Shown in pieces: positions 28,084 to 37,835 of a DNA stretch of 57,948 nucleotides; the first letter of the stretch is position 1; every line of letters starts with the position of its first letter. The DNA comes from a virus (taxonomy: Duplodnaviria; Caudoviricetes), in IMG/VR virus record IMGVR_UViG_3300045283_000172, positions 1-57,948 of that record; one strand, 5' to 3'. The notes under the pieces are model-generated. The model searched no databases, had not been told where the DNA came from, and saw only the letters and a list, made by a program, of their open reading frames with translations. The position numbers were made by a program, and so were the translations under genes.

Positions 28084-29337
28084 ATGAATCCAGCAATGAC
28101 GAACTATTTGCAGTCTCAACAGCAAAACGACCAAACACAAGGGGCCCCTCAAGCCCAGGCTCCAGTGTTTAATCCATTCGACAGTGGGATAAAAAACGCT
28201 ATTGAGAGTGCTAGAGTTTCACTTGATATGACTGAAAAGCAGCAAGACAAAGCTATGCGTAGGTCAATGTTATCTTTCGCTAATGCTTATAGTCAAGAGC
28301 CAAGGCAAAAAGGATTCATGGCAAATTTCGGATCAGTTGCTAGATCTTTATCACCTGCTATCCTGGAACATGATAATGCTGAAGATATTGCGTTTAAGGA
28401 AAATAATGCATTAGCCAATCAGATATTAGCTTATCAAGCTGCGGAACAAAATCGTCAAGCTCAACAAGAAGATAAAATGTGGCATAGGTCACATGCTGAA
28501 AATCAATTAAATGAACAGCGAAGATATCATAATATGATGGGTGAACGTCATAAGCAAAATCAAGTAGATAATACTCCTGTCGAAGTGAATGGGGTGGAAT
28601 TACAACCTATTACCACTCAGAAAAATCTTGATTTATACCTTAAAGATAAAAAGGCATTAGGCGGAGCATTGCACCAAGTTAATACCATTGAGGATGCTTT
28701 CAAGCAATTTAGAACTGACTATAAGGATAACTGGATTGATCCTATGTCACCTGCAAAAGGTGTAGCTAATCCAACTAAAGATTTTATAGGTAGATTTTTC
28801 AATAACGCAGAATTAAAAAAAGAAACTACTGATAGAAATGCGTTTACAAGTAGAGTTAATCAATTTGTAGTTGCCGCAGAAAACCAATTAAGAGGGGGCG
28901 GCGTATTAGGGCCAAGACTTATAGAATTATTCAGACAATTAAAAATCTACCCAAGCATGGAAACAGATATGCCTGACGAATTTCAAGCTAAATTAAGCCA
29001 AATTAAGGAAGAAATAGAAAACTCATATAATGCAGCTAATTTGAGTTTGAAATATAGAGCCCATATTGACCCGTCCCAAGTACATAGTTTATTAAATACT
29101 AATGAAGGTCAATCCACTCCAAATACTGCATTACCTGAAACAAAGGTAAATGTGGCACCTGTTGAAATTACTTCAGGTAGTCAACCTAACTATAATGTAT
29201 ACACAGGAGAAAAAGGTTACCCAGTTGTAGCTATGCTAACGCCCGAAGGTGAACTTAGAGAAGTTCCACCTGAAAAAGTAGCAAGAGCGATAGAGGAAGG
29301 AGGTTTAACCGTTATGAAGCCTGATAATGGGGGTTAA
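28084..29337 (+). CDS. Putative ejection (internal virion) protein
   Basis: Q/N/A-rich helical protein in the tail module. Confidence 0.55.
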   Translation: MNPAMTNYLQSQQQNDQTQGAPQAQAPVFNPFDSGIKNAIESARVSLDMTEKQQDKAMRRSMLSFANAYSQEPRQKGFMANFGSVARSLSPAILEHDNAEDIAFKENNALANQILAYQAAEQNRQAQQEDKMWHRSHAENQLNEQRRYHNMMGERHKQNQVDNTPVEVNGVELQPITTQKNLDLYLKDKKALGGALHQVNTIEDAFKQFRTDYKDNWIDPMSPAKGVANPTKDFIGRFFNNAELKKETTDRNAFTSRVNQFVVAAENQLRGGGVLGPRLIELFRQLKIYPSMETDMPDEFQAKLSQIKEEIENSYNAANLSLKYRAHIDPSQVHSLLNTNEGQSTPNTALPETKVNVAPVEITSGSQPNYNVYTGEKGYPVVAMLTPEGELREVPPEKVARAIEEGGLTVMKPDNGG

Positions 29338-31215
29338 ATGAGTGAATGGGATCAATACAAAGTTTCAGGAATCAAACCTTCAGTTAACGAATGGGATCAA
29401 TACAAAGTTTCTGCTTCAAAACCTCAAAAAACTGAAAAAGGGGATGCATGGTTACCATTAATAGGTAAATCCGCACTTAAGGGCGCAACAGCTATTGCTG
29501 ATTTACCTAAACTCATTGGTAAAGGTGTAGAAGCTTTTACCAATGCTGGTAATAAAATGTACGGTGCTCCTGTTGGAATGTACGGCATGGGATTGAAACC
29601 TACAGCAGTTAAACCTAATATAGAGATCAATCAAAACGCTCCGCAAACTAATTATAGTGACTATATCCCTTCAACAGAAGATGCACGTAAGTCTTTTAAA
29701 AAATATGCAGGTATAGATTTAGAGCCAAAACCTGATAGTCCTGCTAAAAATATTGTCTCACGTGGCATAGATTTTGGTACATCTATGCTTCCTTGGGCAG
29801 CTCCAGCCAAAGGCGCAAACTTACTTCAGCAATTTGGTAATAGGGCAACTACTGTTGGCAAAGGTGCTGCAGTAGGTCTTGGTTCAGGTGTTCTTCAAGA
29901 AACAGGAGTTAATCCATTAGCTTCTGATCTAATAGCAAGTGCTGCAAGCCCTGTTAGAGCTCCTAATCCGATAAATGTAGCTAAAGGTGTTTTGAATGCT
30001 CCACGTAAGATAACGCAAAAATTTATGGGATTAGGGCCAAAAAGCCTAAATATAAAAACGGCGCAAGCAGGACGTGATTTAGGTATTGAACTACCTGCAG
30101 CAGTTCTAACTGATAATGTATTAACAGGATTAGGGGATCAATTCATATCTAAAACTCCTATTTTGGGAAATGTTCTAAAAAATAAATATGATAAAATTCA
30201 TAGTAAAACTCATAAACACCTTGAAGATGTTTATCAAGAAATAGGGCCTCTTGATACCCCTGAAATCGATAAGAAGATTAATGATTTATATAATGCAAGT
30301 AGAACGGCACGCCCTGAAGATGCTGTTATAAAACCTTTTACATCAATCAAAGCATTAAATGATTTAGATAAAACATTAGTTGCCGATATCTCTTCCCCGG
30401 ATAGAGTTAAATTAAAAGGATATGTAACCGGTTTAAAGAAAGCAATGGATCCAAGTATTAATACTAAATATGGAGATATTAATTTACCTATTCAAGATTA
30501 CCCTATTAACAAATTAGTAGATGCTAAAGTCATGCTTAACGACATTGTTAAGCATGATATAAAAGGTGATTCGTTAAATAGAATAATGGAAGTCAAACAT
30601 GGAGTAGATGCTGATTTAGCTAAGTATGGCGAGACTCACCCTGAATGGTATAAGAAGCTGAAAGAAGCTGACCTCTTATACGGTAATGTTGCAAAAAGAA
30701 AAAACACAGAAAAAAGATTAAGAAACCAAGCAACATTAGAAGATGAAGGCGATATATCATTCTCAGCTCTTAACAATACTATTAATAATAGAGAAAACAG
30801 AAGACTTTTAAAAAGAGATTTACCTCCTGATACTTACGAAAAATTATTGAAAATCGGCAGAATATCTCGAGCTATGGTTCAAAAAAATAAAAGAGTACCT
30901 AACCCTTCAGGTACAGCTACTACAGCGCTAAGTCTAGCTTATATAGGTGGATTGTGGTTCGATCCAGTAGGTACATTAAGTCGTACAGGAATAGGTGCAA
31001 TCGCAGGAGCTGTTGGAACAACTAGACTTTTAACTAATAAGAAATTTTTAGATTCGGCTTTAAAGTTTGCTGAAGCCGATGGCAAACATAAAATCAAAGC
31101 AGCTATGGATCTAAACAAAACAACCAAAGACATCACAGGATATACCTTAAACAGTATTTATAGAGCCGCTCAAAGGGATAACAAAGAAGAAACAGATGGA
31201 TTACAACAGCCTTAA
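29338..31215 (+). CDS. Putative ejection (DNA transfer) protein
   Basis: EWDQYKVS x2 at N-terminus, G/A-rich segments, PNPSGTA motif before a hydrophobic C-terminus. Confidence 0.6.
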   Translation: MSEWDQYKVSGIKPSVNEWDQYKVSASKPQKTEKGDAWLPLIGKSALKGATAIADLPKLIGKGVEAFTNAGNKMYGAPVGMYGMGLKPTAVKPNIEINQNAPQTNYSDYIPSTEDARKSFKKYAGIDLEPKPDSPAKNIVSRGIDFGTSMLPWAAPAKGANLLQQFGNRATTVGKGAAVGLGSGVLQETGVNPLASDLIASAASPVRAPNPINVAKGVLNAPRKITQKFMGLGPKSLNIKTAQAGRDLGIELPAAVLTDNVLTGLGDQFISKTPILGNVLKNKYDKIHSKTHKHLEDVYQEIGPLDTPEIDKKINDLYNASRTARPEDAVIKPFTSIKALNDLDKTLVADISSPDRVKLKGYVTGLKKAMDPSINTKYGDINLPIQDYPINKLVDAKVMLNDIVKHDIKGDSLNRIMEVKHGVDADLAKYGETHPEWYKKLKEADLLYGNVAKRKNTEKRLRNQATLEDEGDISFSALNNTINNRENRRLLKRDLPPDTYEKLLKIGRISRAMVQKNKRVPNPSGTATTALSLAYIGGLWFDPVGTLSRTGIGAIAGAVGTTRLLTNKKFLDSALKFAEADGKHKIKAAMDLNKTTKDITGYTLNSIYRAAQRDNKEETDGLQQP

Positions 31216-31840
31216 AGATGAAATTATAGCCTATACAAACAGAAATGAGCCCGCATTCGTGAGCGCAATTCCAAGGATAATAGAAAAAGCTATGAGTCGT
31301 ATTTATAGTGAGGCTAAAACTCTAGGTTTTCAAAAAACCATAGAGGGTGTTATGGTACCAAACAATGAGCTTATACGTAAACCGCTTGATTATAAAATGA
31401 CTATAAATTTACTATATATAGATAGCGCCTCAGATGCTATTTTTCTTTTGGATAGAAGTTATGAATTTTGTGTTAGTTATTGGCCCGATCCTACATTTGC
31501 AGGCCCTCCTATATTTTATTCAGCTGATTTGGATGTTCCGCAGAATGATGTTGCGATGCCTTCTATTTATTTGGCTCCAACTCCGAATGCTAATTATCCT
31601 TATAAACTTACATATTTAAGTTTTCCGCCGTTATTTAATGAAGAAAATAGTCAAAATTTTCTTACCGATAAATATCCAAACTTGCTGGTATATGCATGTT
31701 TAGCAGAAGCTATTCCATTTTTAAAATCTGATGAGCGTGGCCCTCTTTTTGAATCTTTATATAAAAGGGCATTACAAGATGTTAATGGCGATACAAGAGA
31801 AAGATACACTGACCGTGTTACTAAACGTGATAAGGATTAG
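31196..31840 (+). CDS. Tail adaptor (tail tubular protein A-like)
   Basis: MDYNSLK..I..Y, LAPTPN..Y..L.Y, NFL..YP.LL.YACL.EA.PFLK. Confidence 0.75.
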   Translation: MDYNSLKDEIIAYTNRNEPAFVSAIPRIIEKAMSRIYSEAKTLGFQKTIEGVMVPNNELIRKPLDYKMTINLLYIDSASDAIFLLDRSYEFCVSYWPDPTFAGPPIFYSADLDVPQNDVAMPSIYLAPTPNANYPYKLTYLSFPPLFNEENSQNFLTDKYPNLLVYACLAEAIPFLKSDERGPLFESLYKRALQDVNGDTRERYTDRVTKRDKD

Positions 31841-31843
31841 TAA

Positions 31844-33469
31844 GTGGCAAAAAACTCTCTTTTTCCTTTAGTATATAAACCTGGTATTAAACGGGACGGT
31901 ACTACTTTTCAAGCTGATTATTGCACAGATGCCCAGTGGGTTAGATTCCAAAGAGGTAATGTCAAGAAAATGGGTAGTATGAAAGGTATGAGTCAAGCTA
32001 CCGTTAATGGTAAAGTTACTACTTCTAATATAGTTATTATTCCTGAAACCGGCAATAATAGCTATATGAATGCTTATATAGCTAATTCAGAGAATGGCAT
32101 CCATATAATCAGATGTAATCAAAATCTCAATGAAACAGGAATTCAGACAATTTATAATGTAAATGATCCTGATATTATTTGGAAATCTGAAATTGTTATC
32201 CAAGGTAATAACAAGAATATAGTTTATGTAGGATCCTCTAATAAAACTAATATTAATAGTAATGTACCGGCATTACTATTAGGTGGAACACTAAATTCAC
32301 CTATTAACCAATTAGCAAATTTACCTAATCGTACAGGGCTAAGTGGACTTCTTTATGCAGCTAATTACTTATTTGTATATGGGTCTAATGGACTTGTACA
32401 ATGGAGTAAATTAAAAAACCCTCTAGATTTTAGTAACCCACAAGATCGTAATATTACGATTTCTAATGATCAAGTAGTAGATGCTAAATCTATACGAGGT
32501 GGGACTAATAGTCCTACTATTTTATTTTGGACTCTATCCTCAGTCGTTAGATGTATTAACACTCCTAATGCTGCAGGCGATCTACAGTTTCAAATTGATG
32601 TAATGTCTAAAAGTTCTTCTATTCTTTCCACAAGATGTGTGGTGGAATATGATGGCTTATTCTTCTGGCCTGGGACTAATAGGTTTTTCCAATATAACGG
32701 TATTGTTCAAGAATTATCAAATACAATGAGTCTAAATTATTTTTATGATAATTTAGACATGGAAAGACGCCAACAAGTAGTAGGTGTTAAACATACTAAG
32801 TATGGTGAAATATGGTGGTATTATCCTGAAAAAGCTAATGCTCCAATGAGAAATCCTAATGTTCCTCCTGGTGAGAATAGTAGAGCCCTTATCTATAACA
32901 TAAGAGAAAATGCATGGTATGATACTTACATAAGTAGATCGGCTGCCGTATATTCCGAAGACTTTGGGTTTATGGCTAGTTATGGTCTACCGCTTAGTAT
33001 TCCTACAGCCCCCAATGCTTCATTATTTAGACATGAGTTTGAATATTTAACTCCTGATCCATCTTTGATAACAGAGCAATTCTCACAAGATGGTGTGAAC
33101 TTAACAGTACGCCCAATCCCATCAACATTTACTACTCCTGTTTTTTCATGGGCAGCTTTTAATCCTATGAAACAATTAATAGGTACTGATAGATGGATGC
33201 TTCTTGTTACCTTAGAGCCTGATTTTATATTAATGTCCACTACTCAGCCTGATTTAAGGGTAATTATTAATATAAAACAATATGCGCAAAATACAGTTAT
33301 ATCTTCTGCTCCTTTGAGTATTCCACCGCAAGGAACAATAGACCCATTGTTTGGCAAGATTGATACATGCTCTCAAGGCAGGCATATGACATTAACCTTT
33401 ATAAGCACTATTAGTAACTTCGAAATGGGACATGTCATGCTCAGCTTAATGATAGGGGACGGTAAATGA
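31844..33469 (+). CDS. Tail nozzle/stabilisation protein (beta-propeller-like)
   Basis: PGIKRDGT, WVRFQRG..KKMG, FFQYNG.V..L, GEIWWYYP, IYN..EN.W. Confidence 0.75.
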   Translation: MAKNSLFPLVYKPGIKRDGTTFQADYCTDAQWVRFQRGNVKKMGSMKGMSQATVNGKVTTSNIVIIPETGNNSYMNAYIANSENGIHIIRCNQNLNETGIQTIYNVNDPDIIWKSEIVIQGNNKNIVYVGSSNKTNINSNVPALLLGGTLNSPINQLANLPNRTGLSGLLYAANYLFVYGSNGLVQWSKLKNPLDFSNPQDRNITISNDQVVDAKSIRGGTNSPTILFWTLSSVVRCINTPNAAGDLQFQIDVMSKSSSILSTRCVVEYDGLFFWPGTNRFFQYNGIVQELSNTMSLNYFYDNLDMERRQQVVGVKHTKYGEIWWYYPEKANAPMRNPNVPPGENSRALIYNIRENAWYDTYISRSAAVYSEDFGFMASYGLPLSIPTAPNASLFRHEFEYLTPDPSLITEQFSQDGVNLTVRPIPSTFTTPVFSWAAFNPMKQLIGTDRWMLLVTLEPDFILMSTTQPDLRVIINIKQYAQNTVISSAPLSIPPQGTIDPLFGKIDTCSQGRHMTLTFISTISNFEMGHVMLSLMIGDGK

Positions 33470-33744
33470 TAAAAGTAGTATGGCCTTTTAATATTAATTT
33501 GAAGTATTGGGCAGCATGTTTGGTTAGTGATTTTCCTAATGAGAATTTACCTGTACTTGAAGATGAAAAACAATGGCAAGAGTGGGGTACAATAGTAGCA
33601 AACACAGGAGCATTCCAAAGAGCTAATATCCCAGCTCCACTTAGTTTTAAAGAAGGGGGTAGGAAAGAAGTTTTTACTGACTGGGAGAAATGGGCAAAGA
33701 TAGTTTACACAATACTATCTGATAATTACAACGTAACAGAGTGA
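33466..33744 (+). CDS. Small Trp-rich tail-module protein
   Basis: WQEWG and FTDWEKWA motifs; coupled to the nozzle gene. Confidence 0.7.
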   Translation: MIKVVWPFNINLKYWAACLVSDFPNENLPVLEDEKQWQEWGTIVANTGAFQRANIPAPLSFKEGGRKEVFTDWEKWAKIVYTILSDNYNVTE

Positions 33745-33753
33745 GAATAATTT

Positions 33754-35262
33754 ATGTTAAACACCACACAATTCCCAACAATGTTTGGGCCAAATATTAA
33801 TAATCCTTATATGGATAATAGAATGCCTATGCCTCAAGCGCCTATGCAAGATTCTATGTCCCAAGGAATGCCACAACCAATGGCAGGTGACATGACGGAG
33901 AATAATTTGTATCCCTTAGAAGATAGTTTTAATAACCAATCAGTACCAACAAGTTTTGCTAAGGGGGGGAGAGTTAAAAAGAAACAAGCCCATAATCCTT
34001 ATCCATCACTTGCTGAAATGATCAGACAACAAGGTCACGGTGAAGATTCAATTCTTGCTCATATTAACCCTCTTGAAGCCATGATGTTAAAACAAATGGG
34101 AGGCAGTGGAACAATTAATAAAAAGACTGGGTTGCCTCAATTTGGCTTTTTTAACAAACCGGGTAAAGCCATTAAAAGCGTTCTGGGCGGCGCAGGAGGA
34201 GCGATTATAGGTAATATGCTTCTACCAGGTGTAGGGGGTATATTAGGTGGAGCTTTAGGTCAAGGACTTCAACATAAATCACGAGGGAAATCTTTCGGTG
34301 AAGGTGCTCTTAAAGGTGGCTTCATGGGAGCAGGTTTACCAACAGCTGCAGGTTTAGCAGGTTCAGGCGCTAATGCACTGGGTATGAATACAGCGGGTAA
34401 CTTCCTAACTAATTATGGTAACACTAATGCTATATTACCAGCACTTGGCATGGGAGGTGCAACCGGAGGGGGATCACCCCTTAGCAATATGATATCGCCA
34501 AGTAACACAGGAGGGGGGTCAGCTAGTATTACCTCTAATCCTTTGACTCAGCAAATTTCATCTAAAGCTGCTGAAAAAGCTGCAGAAGAAGGGACTTTTA
34601 CAGATATGTTGATGAATAATAGTAAGAAATTTTTATCTAAACCAAAGAATCTTTTAGCATTAGCCCCTGTGATAAGTTCTTTTGCAAATAAACCGAAAGA
34701 AAAAACTCCTGAGAAATTGGCTCAAGAACAAAAACGGTATCTTCAAGCCATGATGCTCAGTCCTGCTGAAAGGGCTGCTATGGAAGCAGATAAACTGGCT
34801 GAAAGACAAATGGAACGCAGAATCGCCAGGAATCAATATTTACCGGAGGAAAGATTCGAAACTAAACCTACATATAGAAGATCAAGTACCCCGGCCGAAT
34901 ATAAAAAAACAGGAAGATGGCTAAACTATTATAATAATCCTGAATTTTCAGGTAGTCCATTGCCTATGAAAGATGGGGGTAGAGTTCCTCAGATGATTTT
35001 TGAGGAGGAAGAAATTATAGCCAGACCATCAAAAGGTACATTCCTAAAAGGTCATAGTAAAGGTCAGGATGATAAAATAGAAGCTTTATTATCTGACGGT
35101 GAATATGTAATGCCTGCTGATGTTACCTCTCATATAGGAGATGGTAACAGCATCGCTGGCGGCAAACAGTTTGATAATTTTGTTAAGAATGTTCGTAAAA
35201 GTAAGGGGATGCCTAATAAGTTACCTCCTAAGGCTAAATCAATATTAAATTATATGAGGTAA
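33754..35262 (+). CDS. Putative pilot/internal virion protein with glycine zipper
   Basis: FAKGGRV, LAHINP.E..L...GG.GTIN..TGLP, glycine zipper, D.I.ALLSDGEYV.PA. Confidence 0.7.
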   Translation: MLNTTQFPTMFGPNINNPYMDNRMPMPQAPMQDSMSQGMPQPMAGDMTENNLYPLEDSFNNQSVPTSFAKGGRVKKKQAHNPYPSLAEMIRQQGHGEDSILAHINPLEAMMLKQMGGSGTINKKTGLPQFGFFNKPGKAIKSVLGGAGGAIIGNMLLPGVGGILGGALGQGLQHKSRGKSFGEGALKGGFMGAGLPTAAGLAGSGANALGMNTAGNFLTNYGNTNAILPALGMGGATGGGSPLSNMISPSNTGGGSASITSNPLTQQISSKAAEKAAEEGTFTDMLMNNSKKFLSKPKNLLALAPVISSFANKPKEKTPEKLAQEQKRYLQAMMLSPAERAAMEADKLAERQMERRIARNQYLPEERFETKPTYRRSSTPAEYKKTGRWLNYYNNPEFSGSPLPMKDGGRVPQMIFEEEEIIARPSKGTFLKGHSKGQDDKIEALLSDGEYVMPADVTSHIGDGNSIAGGKQFDNFVKNVRKSKGMPNKLPPKAKSILNYMR

Positions 35263-35264
35263 TT

Positions 35265-37091
35265 ATGAGTTTTTGGAGTAATCCTGGTAAGGCAATAAAA
35301 AGTTCTTTAGGTGGAATAGGGGGCGGTGTCATAGGTACAATGCTACTCCCAGGTATTGGTACAGTAATAGGAGCAGGTTTAGGTCAATCCTTAAATTCGG
35401 GTAAAGGTAAAAGAAGAGGTAATCCAGATTCACAAGCTATCGTACCTGCTGGCCCTCCACCTAAAAGTTCACAATTTTTAGCTAATGAACAAGTAGCGGA
35501 AAACCTAAGGAATAAATTATATGCTGATAAATTAGCATTAAAAAGTTCTAATTATCCTGTGTATAAAGGTGAAACAAATGCACCTATGTCACTATTAACT
35601 CAAAAAGCTAGAATGCTTAGAGAAGAAGGACGCAACAAACCTGCTCCTTATTCAAAGAAAGTAGAAGCTTTTATGAAGAAAGAAGGAACTGGGTTTTCAC
35701 CTGAACAGACAAGATCATTGCTTGATATGATCAACAGAGGTGGAAAATCTTCAGATTTAGCTCAAAAAAGATTACAAAAGCAATTCGGAAGTAACTATGG
35801 ATATGAAGATGAAAGAGCTGAAAGATTAAAAGGCAAACTAGAAAAAGATAATACTAGATCAGAAAAAAGCACAGCCGCTAATTTTAAAAATCTTAATAGA
35901 GAATTTGCTGATGTAGAGAATAGACGTAATGTAGATGTTGCACGTTCTTTTCATGATGCTGGAGCTCAAAAAGGTTTACGTAGAAATGCCTTAGTAGAAC
36001 AATTAGAAGAATTCGGTAATCAAGACCATGCGCTTAATAATTTACAAAATAGAGCTAAGAGAGATGTTTTTGATGAAGAATACGAAACACCTTACAGAAA
36101 AATAGCAGCAACTTCAAGAGCTCTTGATTCGCTAGGCCCAGAGGATGATCATCCTGATAAGACCGAAATAAGAAATAAAGAGCTACAACGTATTCAAAAC
36201 GCATATAACGCACCGCATGTTAATTATCCAGGTAAACGGGTAATAGGTATGCAACCAGAAACGTTAGAATCTTTTAATCGTGCAGAATCATTAAGTCCTA
36301 AATACAAAGATGCTTACCATGGTGAGCGTAAGGCTATTGAGAGGAACGCTATTAATAATAGTTTGCCTAATCAAGTATTTAACGCTATTCCCGAATCTGT
36401 TGATCCTATGATGAAAAACATAGATAACATAACTAAGCAACAGTTAAAAAAGCAATCAAAAGAAATTGCAGGTAAGCACGTAAGGTTAGGTTCTTATGGC
36501 TCAGGATCGCATAAGGCTGAAACAGAAAAAGCCTTAAGGGAAATATTACGTAGAGTGCGTCAGGAAAGGGAAGGTGCCGTAACAGGAGTAGCTAAAGGTG
36601 AAGCATCCTTGGCTACTAGAAAAGAGCAAACTGGTTTAATGAAACATAAGATGATGGATTTATTAGGCTCTCAAGAATTTGGTAATGTTCTAGACAAAAA
36701 CAAACAATTAAACAAATTAGGCTGGGATAAGAGAAGTAACAAACAGTCCCAAGAAAATGAAGCTCTAAAGGCTTGGTATTCTCAACTTCAACATGGAATG
36801 GGAGGGGTTGATGTACCTGGATATACTAATTTAGCTAAACAATATGACACTGATTTGCAAGGACTGTTTAATAAACCTCAAAATTATAATGAGAACGCAA
36901 AAGCGTTTGAAACATATAAGAACTCTACAAAACAAGGAATTGGGGACGTAACATCTAGAAAACAATTAGAAGATTGGGAAGACGAACAAAGAAGAATGTT
37001 AATGGGTGGTTATTCCCCTAAATATGGTTCATCTCAAAATAATTTAAAAGCCCAAGCCTATGCACTGGCAAAAGCAACACCTGTATATTAA
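35265..37091 (+). CDS. Putative ejection protein with N-terminal glycine zipper
   Basis: N-terminal ~40 aa duplicates a segment of the upstream gene; helical and charged. Confidence 0.6.
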   Translation: MSFWSNPGKAIKSSLGGIGGGVIGTMLLPGIGTVIGAGLGQSLNSGKGKRRGNPDSQAIVPAGPPPKSSQFLANEQVAENLRNKLYADKLALKSSNYPVYKGETNAPMSLLTQKARMLREEGRNKPAPYSKKVEAFMKKEGTGFSPEQTRSLLDMINRGGKSSDLAQKRLQKQFGSNYGYEDERAERLKGKLEKDNTRSEKSTAANFKNLNREFADVENRRNVDVARSFHDAGAQKGLRRNALVEQLEEFGNQDHALNNLQNRAKRDVFDEEYETPYRKIAATSRALDSLGPEDDHPDKTEIRNKELQRIQNAYNAPHVNYPGKRVIGMQPETLESFNRAESLSPKYKDAYHGERKAIERNAINNSLPNQVFNAIPESVDPMMKNIDNITKQQLKKQSKEIAGKHVRLGSYGSGSHKAETEKALREILRRVRQEREGAVTGVAKGEASLATRKEQTGLMKHKMMDLLGSQEFGNVLDKNKQLNKLGWDKRSNKQSQENEALKAWYSQLQHGMGGVDVPGYTNLAKQYDTDLQGLFNKPQNYNENAKAFETYKNSTKQGIGDVTSRKQLEDWEDEQRRMLMGGYSPKYGSSQNNLKAQAYALAKATPVY

Positions 37092-37094
37092 TTT

Positions 37095-37694
37095 ATGAAA
37101 ACTAATTACAATCGGGATTGGTTACAAAATTACCGTACCAATCCCAAGGCAGATAAAGCTATTTATAAAAACTATCAAAATCCCAGTATGACGCAATGGG
37201 ATCAACAGATGGCAAGTCTTAGTCCTGCTCAAAAGGGAAATTATGAAAAATTCATTAATACTATTCCTGATGAAGTAAAAGGATTATCTGCTGTAGAGAT
37301 GCAACGATACATGCAAAATCTTAATGAGAAGCAACAAGGTCTAAGTAAAGAAAGAGCAGGTTATGATACTCAAATACAAAATATCAAGACACAAGAACAA
37401 GCTAGAATTAGAGCACAACAAGAAGCTCAAAGGCAAGCACAATTAAGAACTAAAGAAGATAGAGGTAGTGCTTTCAGAACGGCTATCATGAATGCCAGAT
37501 TCGCACCAGGTCAAGATCGACCTTCTCAGCAAACTGCATATTTAGTTACACCTACCCAATTTGGACAAAGTTTTTTCAACCCTTCTCTTTTTTCTCAGAT
37601 CGGTACTCCTTTTCAGCATTCTGGCACTCACCCTAAATACGCAGGCCCATACAATATCCCTGGTACAAATCAAAAATTTTATATAAATCAATAG
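37095..37694 (+). CDS. Q-rich hypothetical protein, last gene of the virion operon
   Basis: 199 aa ORF with coiled coil. Confidence 0.7.
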   Translation: MKTNYNRDWLQNYRTNPKADKAIYKNYQNPSMTQWDQQMASLSPAQKGNYEKFINTIPDEVKGLSAVEMQRYMQNLNEKQQGLSKERAGYDTQIQNIKTQEQARIRAQQEAQRQAQLRTKEDRGSAFRTAIMNARFAPGQDRPSQQTAYLVTPTQFGQSFFNPSLFSQIGTPFQHSGTHPKYAGPYNIPGTNQKFYINQ

Positions 37695-37708
37695 AGTTAA
37701 TAAACTTA

Positions 37709-37737
37709 TTGACATTTACATAATAATTATGTAAAAT
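37709..37737 (+). promoter_or_regulatory. Sigma70-type promoter with palindromic operator in its spacer
   Basis: TTGACA-N17-TAAAAT overlapped by TTTACATAAT-A-ATTATGTAAA (37715-37735). Confidence 0.6.
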
Positions 37738-37743
37738 AACTGC

Positions 37744-37835
37744 CTGGTAGTAACGAGTTTTTTGGTTAATACGTTACTACCAGAAAATCTTATGAGGAGG
37801 GTGTTTTTTATCATTTTATTTCCTTCCCTCCTCAT
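37744..37835. terminator. Two hairpins between the convergent operons
   Basis: 12 bp stem 37744-37755/37772-37783 and 10 bp stem 37792-37801/37826-37835. Confidence 0.55.
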
